The translations under genes were made by a program, and so were the position numbers. The notes beneath the pieces were generated by a model. That model ran no database searches. It saw only the letters and a list, made by a program, of their open reading frames with translations, and was not told the DNA's origin. A DNA stretch of 49,425 nucleotides from an uncultured Pseudomonadota bacterium (lineage in GTDB: Bacteria; SAR324; NAC60-12): assembly GCA_913020725.1 (NCBI GenBank), contig CAJWCD010000008.1, positions 1-49,425 on the forward strand, read 5' to 3'. Below are positions 1 through 8,026 of this stretch, one piece after another (position 1 is the stretch's first letter; every line of letters starts with the position of its first letter).

Positions 1-63
1 TTGCTCCACGCTCTGCTTACCCGTTATCTCAAACGCCGCACTCAAGTCTGGCGTACACGCTGA
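1..63 (+). CDS. 3' end of an unidentified CDS entering the window
   Basis: Frame 1 is open from base 1 (LLHALLTRYLKRRTQVWRTR) to TGA at 61-63; too short to assign. Confidence 0.3.
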   Translation: MLHALLTRYLKRRTQVWRTR

Positions 64-101
64 CGTAAAAAATGCTGAAAAAAGTGTTGAAATTTGACTT
101 T

Positions 102-180
102 TTGTAGGGCGAGTAAGCTGAGTGCATCGGTCATTTCTAAACGGTTAAAGGTTGATGCTCTTTTCTTATCCACCCTACAA
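102..180. repeat. GTAG-type REP-like imperfect palindrome
   Basis: TTGTAGGGCGAGTAAG...CTTATCCACCCTACAA outer inverted arms, inner AGTGCATC/GATGCTCT arms; intergenic. Confidence 0.55.
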
Positions 181-210
181 ATCTAACCCTTTTTAGTATA
201 AAATAATATC

Positions 211-858
211 ATGCCCATAGTAATCTTTGACCTGGATAAAACTTAATCACCGGCGACAGTGATTTCCTGTGGTAAGAATTCATCCATAAAGCTGAAATTG
301 TTGACACTAATTATCTAAAAAACAAATTATTTTTATGAACAATATGAAGCGGGGGAGCAGGATAACATTGTTTTTTTGAAGTTTTGTTTAGAGCCGCTTA
401 GACGCTATTCCAGAAGTAAGTTGGACGATTTTCATCAACAGTATATGAAACATAAAATTGAGCCGACCTTGATGGAAGAGTCTCAAAATACGGTGAATCG
501 ACACCAAGAAAATGACGATACTATTTTGGTGATAACTGCAACAAAATTTTTTGTTACCGCTCTTACTGTCAAAGCTCATGGAATCGAAAATTAGCTAGCC
601 ACAGAACCTGAAATTGTATCGAGTCGTTTTACTGGTAAATATTTGGGAACGCCGTGTTTTCAAGCAGGTAAAATTGACAACCTGCTGGCATGGCTTGGAA
701 AAAACGGCAAATCCTTAGACGGTTCAACTTTCTATTCCGATTCACACAACGACTTGCCGATGTTGAAATTAGTAGAGCATCCTGTGGCCGTCAATGCCGA
801 TCCGATTTTGAGAAAATATGCGCAGGGAAACAACTGGCAGATTTTGGATTGGATATAG
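211..858 (+). pseudogene. HAD-IB (SerB/HisN-like) phosphatase pseudogene
   Basis: ATG 211 gives MPIVIFDLDKT (motif I), then a frameshift to ITGDSDFLW*EF (TAA 273). Later fragments read LVITAT, HGIEN*LATEPE (TAG 592), TPCFQAGK and YSDSHNDLPML...PVAVNAD. Confidence 0.85.
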
Positions 859-913
859 AAATATTGCTGAGTATTATCTTCTTTCACAAAATCCTTTAAT
901 AAACGGCTAGTAA

Positions 914-2404
914 GTGTTTGATCCAACAGTTTTAATTTTTTTATCTAGTGGCCTTTTTCTGGGTTGGTCGTTGGGAGCCAATGATGCGGCCAATGTTTTC
1001 GGAACAGCCGTCGGTAGTCGGATGGTGCGTTTCACGACTGCGGCGGTAATTTGCGGAGTTTTCGTGATTCTTGGAGCATTTGTCAGCGGAACCGGTGCGG
1101 CACAAACTTTAGGGAAGCTCGGTGCGGTTAATGCGCTCGGAGGTTCTTTCATGGCGGCATTGGCCGCTGGATTGACCGTTTATTGGATGACCAAATTTGG
1201 TCTTCCCGTTTCCACCAGTCAAGCCATTATTGGTTCAATTATTGGTTGGAATTTGTTCAGCGATTCTTACACTGACCTTTCATCATTGCTCAAAATCCTG
1301 TCCACTTGGATCATTTGTCCGTTACTTTCTGCTGTTATTGCGGCTTTTTTGTTCACACTGGCAAAAGCCTTTGTACGCAATATCGGCATTGGGCTAGTCC
1401 GTTTGGATGGCTACACTAGATTAGCCTTGATTTTAGCAGGAGCATTCGGCGCGTACAGTTTAGGGGCTAATAATATTGCAAATGTGATGGGTGTTTTTGT
1501 ACCAGTGGCCCCGTTTCCGGAAATGCAATTAAGTCAGGGGTTCAGCATTTCTTCCGCACAACAATTATTTTTGATGGGTGGTTTGGCGATTGCGGTTGGA
1601 GTTTTTACCTATTCGAAACGCGTAATGATGACCGTCGGTTCAGAATTAATGACGCTCACGCCGTTAGCGGCATGGGTGGCAGTGATGGCGCATTCGATTG
1701 TGCTTTTTCTTTTTGCTTCGGAGCGTTTGGAGCAATTGTTAGCAAGCTTTTCGCTCCCGACGATTCCATTGGTTCCGGTTTCCAGTTCCCAAGCAGTGGT
1801 GGGAGCTGTGTTGGGCATCGGTCTGTTGCAAGGGGGGAAAGAAATTCAATGGCCACGTGTGTATAGCATTGTCAAAGGTTGGGCAATTACACCGGTGATC
1901 TCGTGCTTTCTTTGTTTTGTTGGATTGTATTTTTTACAAAACGTTTTTCAGCAAACCGTACAGCGCGAGTCACAATATGTGCTTTCCGCACAGGTTATCG
2001 AAAAAATTAAGAAAGAAGGAATGCAAACCGACGGTTTAGAAGAATTATCTGGAATCATTTTCAGAAATTCGGCAGAATTAATCCGGAAGATTGAAAGTAA
2101 AATAAAATTATCTGGAAAACAGGCTTTACAGATAATTGATTTTTCATTTAAAAATCGTCTCCTTGTGACTCAAGATTCCCTTAAAACTTTAGAAAAAACC
2201 AGTTTTTCTGCATCTCAATTTGAAGCTTTGCGTCGTTTAAGTGGACAGGCATTTAACCATGCTTGGCAACTTGGTGATGCTCTTGCAGAGATGAACAAAG
2301 AATGGCAATTGCGCGGGGGAGGTTTGAAAAATAAATTGCATGACCGTAAAATCAAACAAAAATTATCTTATTTAAACCGTACCTTTCATTGGAGAACGCC
2401 ATGA
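914..2404 (+). CDS. PiT family inorganic phosphate transporter with C-terminal extension
   Basis: Two PiT signatures, GANDAAN and GANNIAN; PVSTSQAIIG and PVSSSQAVVG; many TM segments. Confidence 0.92.
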   Translation: MFDPTVLIFLSSGLFLGWSLGANDAANVFGTAVGSRMVRFTTAAVICGVFVILGAFVSGTGAAQTLGKLGAVNALGGSFMAALAAGLTVYWMTKFGLPVSTSQAIIGSIIGWNLFSDSYTDLSSLLKILSTWIICPLLSAVIAAFLFTLAKAFVRNIGIGLVRLDGYTRLALILAGAFGAYSLGANNIANVMGVFVPVAPFPEMQLSQGFSISSAQQLFLMGGLAIAVGVFTYSKRVMMTVGSELMTLTPLAAWVAVMAHSIVLFLFASERLEQLLASFSLPTIPLVPVSSSQAVVGAVLGIGLLQGGKEIQWPRVYSIVKGWAITPVISCFLCFVGLYFLQNVFQQTVQRESQYVLSAQVIEKIKKEGMQTDGLEELSGIIFRNSAELIRKIESKIKLSGKQALQIIDFSFKNRLLVTQDSLKTLEKTSFSASQFEALRRLSGQAFNHAWQLGDALAEMNKEWQLRGGGLKNKLHDRKIKQKLSYLNRTFHWRTP

Positions 2405-3057
2405 AGCCTTTGATTCTGTTTTTCAAAAAACAAATTGCTGTTGAAGAAAAAATTCAACGAATGTTACGTTATTTACAAGACATGAATCATCTTTATCGAG
2501 AAGCCTATCAAACTTACCTCGAAGGAAATCATGAGAAATTTTTTCAGCAAAACAATGAACTTGGAAAAATTGAACATGATTTGGACGACATCGGACTTCA
2601 AATTCAGATGGCCTTGCTCCATGAATCATTGATGCCAGACTCTCGTGACGACCTGCTTTGGTTGCTGACTAAACTGGACAAAGTCCCCAGTCGCTTTAAA
2701 CATTCGCTGGCCGATCTTGCTTTGGAAAAGCCTGAAATTCCAGAAGATTTTCATGCGCCTCTCCGAAAAATGTTATTGTACACCCACAATGCCGTACAAG
2801 TCTTAGCCCATGCAACAGATGCGTTGTTTTCCGATTTGAGAGCCGTCCGACAACATGTGGAGGAAGTCGGCCGTCAGGAAAGTGAGGTTGATCAAGTTGA
2901 GCGTCAATTGTTGGAAATGGTTTTCAGCAATCAGGAACTTGAATTAGCGCGGCAGTATCAGTTGAAGGGTATCTTGAAAGCACTAGGTGGGGTCACTAAC
3001 CTTGCTGAAGACGTTGCAGATGCCGTCTTGATTCTGGCTACCAAACACACGGCTTGA
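2401..3057 (+). CDS. DUF47 / PhoU-like phosphate transport regulator
   Basis: ATGA overlap with PiT; IEHDLD, PDSRDDL, ESEVD and AEDVAD motifs; canonical PiT partner. Confidence 0.88.
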   Translation: MKPLILFFKKQIAVEEKIQRMLRYLQDMNHLYREAYQTYLEGNHEKFFQQNNELGKIEHDLDDIGLQIQMALLHESLMPDSRDDLLWLLTKLDKVPSRFKHSLADLALEKPEIPEDFHAPLRKMLLYTHNAVQVLAHATDALFSDLRAVRQHVEEVGRQESEVDQVERQLLEMVFSNQELELARQYQLKGILKALGGVTNLAEDVADAVLILATKHTA

Positions 3058-3121
3058 GACGGAACCGTCTTTCAAAGAAACTTTGAATTTTTTCCGTCAA
3101 TCTGGAGTTTACTATAACACA

Positions 3122-3270
3122 TTAAAACGGGTCCCCTACAAAAAAATGGTTTGCTCGCTGTCCTTGCTGAAACCACGGTCAATGCGGATGATAATGGTGT
3201 TGAAAACGTAATAGGTCCCCGTTCCATAAGAAGACTGTATGTTTTCCCAATCTGAATGGTATTGAGTAAA
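3122..3270 (-). pseudogene. Degraded C-terminal fragment of an Omp85/BamA-TamA-like beta-barrel gene
   Basis: Minus frame reads IQSSYGTGTYYVFNTIIIRIDRGFSKDSEQTI. Restoring one T in a T7 run gives FFVGDPF*, a typical barrel terminus. Confidence 0.4.
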
Positions 3271-3294
3271 CTACTGAAACCGCACACTCTCAAA

Positions 3295-3421
3295 GTTGCA
3301 CTTACGAATTGAACCCGCGAAGTGCGATAACATCTCGGAAGGGCATGACTAGGAAGAGTATCGCAAACACAACAATTCTTTTCAGATCTGTAGGATATTG
3401 CACTTATGAGTTAAATTCCCG
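3295..3421 (+). repeat. Two copies (3295-3319, 3397-3421) of a ~25-bp dispersed repeat
   Basis: GTTGCACTTACGAATTGAACCCGCG and ATTGCACTTATGAGTTAAATTCCCG; a third copy lies at 45764-45788. Confidence 0.6.
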
Positions 3422-3467
3422 GCCTATCGTGCCGAAACAATTCAGTGTTGATCCAGAAGAACAAAAT

Positions 3468-4430
3468 CTACCTCATTTCCTCCAAGCCTTTCGGCAATCC
3501 AAGGTCTCGTGTCAAGGGCATCTCCATCGTTCCAATCAGCAACGCCTTCGCGTCTAGGTCTTGCCCTGCGGTCGGCATCTGCTTGAGGGTGGAACGCTGC
3601 CCCACTTTCTGCCACACCCAGACGTATTCGGGGTCGTTCCGGAAATGGAGGATGCCTTTGCCACGGATCACCGCTGGAGGCAGCGATTTGTGCCAGTGTT
3701 CAAACGCCTCCTGCTCCAGTGTCCCATCACTCTGGAGCGCAATGCTGCGAAACGGCAGAGGGGCGTGATCCAGATGGTCATGCGGATGGCCTTTCTCCGG
3801 AGTGGGTGTGTTTTTTGAAAATGAGTTTACGTTTCCAAAAATCAACGCCGGAGGCACTTTCCCTCCAGAAGTTTTCAGTCGGAGAACGGACGGGGCAAGT
3901 TCGTCCAGCCAAGCCTCTAGTGCTGCAAGTTCCTCCTCACTGACGAGATCAGTCTTGTTGACGACTAGGAGTTCCGCCGTCCGTAACTGTTCGCAGACGA
4001 CACTGCCGACGTAGCGATCCACAGCACGATTCCGGACCTCTGCGGCATCAACCAGCACGACGATTCCGCTGGGATTCAGTTCCGGGTCGAGGCGGGCGAT
4101 GTCCATGATACGCTCTGGTTCCGAAACCCCGCTCGCCTCGACCACGATTTGATCGAACTCGTCAATGCGGTTGACGAGGTTGATCATGGTTTCGATGAAG
4201 GTGTTGGCAATGCTGCAACACACGCAACCGTTGGTAAGTGCAATCGTCTGCCCGTCATGTGAGGCAATCAGCGACTCGTCAATGTTGAGTTCGCCGAAGT
4301 CGTTCACCAAAATGGCGTAGCGGACTCCGGACGGTTCGGTGAGCAAATGGTTCAGAAGGGTAGTCTTCCCTGCACCGAGAAAGCCCCCGATTACGGTGAA
4401 GGGGACAGGAGGGGTGAAGGAGTTCGACAT
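3468..4430 (-). CDS. COG0523/CobW family metal-chaperone GTPase
   Basis: GFLGAGKTT, NDFGE, GCVCC, EASG and NKTD motifs; His patch HPHDHLDH; RGKG in the C-domain. Confidence 0.93.
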   Translation of the reverse strand: MSNSFTPPVPFTVIGGFLGAGKTTLLNHLLTEPSGVRYAILVNDFGELNIDESLIASHDGQTIALTNGCVCCSIANTFIETMINLVNRIDEFDQIVVEASGVSEPERIMDIARLDPELNPSGIVVLVDAAEVRNRAVDRYVGSVVCEQLRTAELLVVNKTDLVSEEELAALEAWLDELAPSVLRLKTSGGKVPPALIFGNVNSFSKNTPTPEKGHPHDHLDHAPLPFRSIALQSDGTLEQEAFEHWHKSLPPAVIRGKGILHFRNDPEYVWVWQKVGQRSTLKQMPTAGQDLDAKALLIGTMEMPLTRDLGLPKGLEEMR

Positions 4431-4448
4431 GTAATTATTCCCTCTGGT

Positions 4449-6080
4449 TCACACTGCAGGAAACGGTATTCCGCCGACCATTGTGCCCCAAACTCCAACA
4501 TCCTTCAGTTTGGTGGGATCAACCGCATAAGGGTCGTCATCCAAGACAGCGAAGTCGGCAAATTTTCCGGATTCGATGCTGCCGACGAGGTGGTCGAGCT
4601 TGAGCGTGTAGGCCGCGCCGATGGTGACGGCACGGAGCGCATCATCCACAGAAATTTTCTCAAACTCCCCAAGGGTACGACCAGACGCGGTTTTGCGGTT
4701 GACTGCGCACCACGCAGTAAAGAGTGGCCCCAACGGTGTGACAGGTGCATCGGAGTGAATCGCAAAGTTGACCCCTTGCCGTTTGGCGGTCGCTGTTGCA
4801 TCCATACGGGCGGCACGATCCGGTCCCATTGTTTGCTCAACGTGCTGATCTCCCCAATAGAAAATATGGTTGGCGAAAAGGTTGGCGCAAATACCCAGTT
4901 TGCCCATACGCCGAAAGTGCGCCTCTTCGGCCATCTGGCAGTGCTGCAAGGTGTGACGGTGATCTGCTCGCGGATTGCGCTTCAGCGCGGATTCGATAGC
5001 ACCGATGGTCACTTCTGTTGCTTCGTCACCGTTGGTGTGGATGTGCAGGTGCATGCCCTCGGCGTGGTAGGCGTCAATCATCTTTTCAAGGCTTTCCGGA
5101 GGAATGTACCACGCCCCCTCCGGACTGCCGTTGTAGTAGCCCGGCCACTTTAACCGTGCCGTAAAACCTTGAATCGAGCCATCCGAGATAATTTTGCAGA
5201 GACCGAAGTGAAGCTTGTCGGAATTACTCTGCTTCAATTCACGCACCTGGGCGATGCCCTCAGGAATCGGCAGTTCCTGAATACGCATGGCCGGAGCGAT
5301 ACGCAGGCGAAAGTCGTCCTCAGCCGTCACTTCGCAGTAGGCCTGAAGGGTTGCTTCGTCAAATCTTGCAGCCAAATCAGTGGCGGTGGTCACGCCTACA
5401 TTGCAGGCGGCAGCCGCGAAACGGCGCAGCCCTCGCGCATCCATTGAGCTGAAGAAGGGAGTCCCGGCGACTTTCTGGATCATGTAGTGAGTTGCCATTG
5501 AGATCAACTCGCCAGTGGGGTTGCCATCCTTGTCCTTGAAAACACCCTGCACTTCGGTTGAGGCGTCAATCCCGGCTCGTTCGAGAACGAGGCTGTTGAC
5601 GTTGATGAGGTGTCCGCTGGCGTGCATGATGATGATGATGCGGGTCGTAGAAACCGAATCCAAGTGCTTTGCGGTCATGCGCTCGGACTTGTAGTAGATC
5701 GGATCGAAACCCCAAGCAAACAGCGGATCGTCCGGATCGTCCATGCTCCTGTTCACTTCTCTGAGACGTTCCAGCGCCTCGTCCATGTTCTTGAGTTCGG
5801 CATACCAGTTTCCTTCCGGGTCGCGGCGTCGGAAGAACCCAAGGTAGGTGTGATCCCAAACTTGCCCCTCCGGAGCATGACAGTGTCCCTCAACAAACCC
5901 CGGCAATAGTACCTTGTCGGCAAAGCGTGTATCCAACTCGTACTCCCCCCAGCCTGCAAGCTGGTCGAGGCTCCCGACTCCAAGCACCCTGCCCTCGCGG
6001 ACGGCCACATGGGTCGCCTCCGGCAGGTAGGAGTTCATGGTGATGATCTTGCGGGCTGGATAAATCGTGGTCATGGGCAT
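4449..6080 (-). CDS. Amidohydrolase_3 (YtcJ-like) metal-dependent hydrolase
   Basis: LPGFVEGHCH, DGSIQG, HIHTNGD, HSDAPVTP and GSIESGKFADFAVL. Confidence 0.92.
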   Translation of the reverse strand: MPMTTIYPARKIITMNSYLPEATHVAVREGRVLGVGSLDQLAGWGEYELDTRFADKVLLPGFVEGHCHAPEGQVWDHTYLGFFRRRDPEGNWYAELKNMDEALERLREVNRSMDDPDDPLFAWGFDPIYYKSERMTAKHLDSVSTTRIIIIMHASGHLINVNSLVLERAGIDASTEVQGVFKDKDGNPTGELISMATHYMIQKVAGTPFFSSMDARGLRRFAAAACNVGVTTATDLAARFDEATLQAYCEVTAEDDFRLRIAPAMRIQELPIPEGIAQVRELKQSNSDKLHFGLCKIISDGSIQGFTARLKWPGYYNGSPEGAWYIPPESLEKMIDAYHAEGMHLHIHTNGDEATEVTIGAIESALKRNPRADHRHTLQHCQMAEEAHFRRMGKLGICANLFANHIFYWGDQHVEQTMGPDRAARMDATATAKRQGVNFAIHSDAPVTPLGPLFTAWCAVNRKTASGRTLGEFEKISVDDALRAVTIGAAYTLKLDHLVGSIESGKFADFAVLDDDPYAVDPTKLKDVGVWGTMVGGIPFPAV

Positions 6081-6314
6081 GGTTTCCTTTAAGGGATTGG
6101 GTGGTTTGGATCGAAATCAAACAGCATCCTAGCGGATTCTGGAGGGCTCCGCTAGGGGTTTGCTTGTGTCCCACGCGCCAGCAGAGCCGCTTCAACACAG
6201 GGGGTGTTTGCTTGAACATGGGCCTTGTCGCAATCATTATCGTTAGGCTCACGCTCTGAAACGGAGCGGCAACTGCTACCCAACGTCCACCGCAACCTCA
6301 GCCCAAAATCTGTC

Positions 6315-6505
6315 ATGCGAACCACCCTTGACCTTCCTGACGCCTTGGTGGAGAAGGCCATGCAAATCACCCGCATCAAGACCAAAAAGTAGCTCGTGAC
6401 TCGTGCGCTTGAGGAATTGATCAAACGAGAACGACTGACGGAGTTGAAGCAGTATCAGGGGAAGATTGACCTGAATATAGATTTAGATGTATTGAGGGGA
6501 CCGTG
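6315..6505 (+). pseudogene. vapB: VapB (DUF2191-type) antitoxin pseudogene
   Basis: MRTTLDLPDALVEKAMQITRIKTKK*LVTRALEELIKRE...GKIDLNIDLDVLR, with in-frame TAG at 6390-6392. Confidence 0.8.
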
Positions 6506-6690
6506 CGTGACGTTCTTGTCGATACGTCCATCTGGATCAGCTATTTCAGAAGTGGCAAAAGTTCTGGTGGTTTGAACCCCGCTCATTGAGGCCCGCCGGG
6601 TTGTCACCAATGATCTGATCCTCACAGAGTTGCTTCCTTTTCTGAGGGTCAAGGGGGAAACCAGACTCATTCGGAAAGCTTCTGCTGAGT
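6503..6690 (+). pseudogene. vapC: VapC PIN toxin pseudogene (frameshifted, truncated)
   Basis: GTG 6503 gives VLVDTSIWISYFR; frameshift at the C4 run 6577-6580, then LIEARRVVTNDLILTELLPFL; cut off at the lolE stop. Confidence 0.8.
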
Positions 6691-6691
6691 C

Positions 6692-7984
6692 CTACTCGTA
6701 CCGCAACGGGTCCACGGGATTGAGGCGGGCGGCTTTGGTGGAGGGGTAGAGGGTGACGAGGAAGCAGATCAGGAAGGAGCAGGTGGTCGTCAGTGCGACG
6801 TCCATCCAGTCAATCAGGATGGGGATGCGGTTGCCGCCCGGATAGACCCCGGCGGGGATTTCGATGAGGTCGTAGGTTTTCAGCACCCAGCAGATCGCCA
6901 AACCCAACCCGACCCCGCTGAGAGTGCCGAGCAGGCCGATCACGGTGCCCTGGAACATGAAGATGCGGCGGATGCCACCGTCGGTCGCGCCGAGGGATTT
7001 GAGGATGGCGATTTCGCGGGATTTCTCGACAACGAGCATGACGAGCGAACTGATGATGTTGAAGGCCGCGACCACGATGATCAGCGTGAGGATGAGGAAA
7101 AGTCCGATTTTTTCAAGCTTCATCACCTGAAAGAGGCTCTTGTTCTCGTCCGCCCAGTTGCTTACGAAGTGGTTCTGAATCTGTGCCTGAATTGTCTGCG
7201 CCACCTCCGGGGCAGATTCGGGATCCTCCACCCGGATGCCAATCCCGCTGACACGCGCCTTCATGCCGAAAATCTTACGCACCAGCCGATAGTCCGCAAA
7301 GGCCAGCACCTCGTCGTATCCGGAAATCCCGGACTCGAAGAGGCCGACAACCTCCAGTTTTTTGACTCGCGGAACATCGCCAATCGGAGTCATGCGCTGA
7401 GCGGAGGAGATCACTTGCACAGAATCTCCGACCGAAACCTCCATCTGCTGCGCCAGTGCGGCCCCAAGGATGATGCCGTCCCGGAGTTTGGCTGAGCGAG
7501 CGTCCGGATGGTCGAGTCGGCGCAGGATGCGCCGGGAGAGTGCGGCTTGCGCTTCCTGAGTTTCTGGAATGGGACCATAAATTTCCTCGCGCAGGAAGGA
7601 GGCGATGCGGGTGACGTTCGGCTCGCGTTCCGGGTCAATGCCGCGCAGCAACACGCCCTTGGGCTTGCGTCCACCCGTGAGCATCGCCTGCTTGTAAACG
7701 TAGGGAGCGACCGCGACGACCTCCGGAATCTCGGAGAGTTCCTGCTGGAGCTTTTCGTAATCCGAGATGCCCGCACTCCACGAGAAGACGGTGATGTGCG
7801 GGAGTGCCCCGGTGACGGCGTCCTGCAAATTGGTGCGAAAGCCGTTCATCACAGAGGTGGAGACGATGAGCGCGATCACGCCAAGCGCGATGCCAACAAT
7901 CGAAATCCAGGTGATGAGGGAGATGGAGCGGTCGCGCCGCCGGGAGAAGAGGTAGCGACGACCGATGTAGGTTTCGTAGCCCAT
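6692..7984 (-). CDS. lolE: Lipoprotein-releasing ABC permease LolC/E
   Basis: RYL...ISIVGIALGVIALIVSTSVMNGF; VAAFNIISSLVMLVVEKSREIAILKSLGA; PVDPLRYE. Confidence 0.93.
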   Translation of the reverse strand: MGYETYIGRRYLFSRRRDRSISLITWISIVGIALGVIALIVSTSVMNGFRTNLQDAVTGALPHITVFSWSAGISDYEKLQQELSEIPEVVAVAPYVYKQAMLTGGRKPKGVLLRGIDPEREPNVTRIASFLREEIYGPIPETQEAQAALSRRILRRLDHPDARSAKLRDGIILGAALAQQMEVSVGDSVQVISSAQRMTPIGDVPRVKKLEVVGLFESGISGYDEVLAFADYRLVRKIFGMKARVSGIGIRVEDPESAPEVAQTIQAQIQNHFVSNWADENKSLFQVMKLEKIGLFLILTLIIVVAAFNIISSLVMLVVEKSREIAILKSLGATDGGIRRIFMFQGTVIGLLGTLSGVGLGLAICWVLKTYDLIEIPAGVYPGGNRIPILIDWMDVALTTTCSFLICFLVTLYPSTKAARLNPVDPLRYE

Positions 7985-7987
7985 TAA

Positions 7988-8013
7988 ATTAGAGGTTTAG
8001 GCTGTAGGGGTTT
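7988..8013 (-). repeat. 26-bp element upstream of lolE start (copy 1)
   Basis: ATTAGAGGTTTAGGCTGTAGGGGTTT on +; 24/26 identical to 24505-24530. Confidence 0.8.
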
Positions 8014-8026
8014 CCTGACTCACCGT

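Noticed and set aside
3295..3421. Two direct repeats as a possible CRISPR remnant
   Set aside because: Only two divergent copies, a 77-nt spacer and no cas genes.
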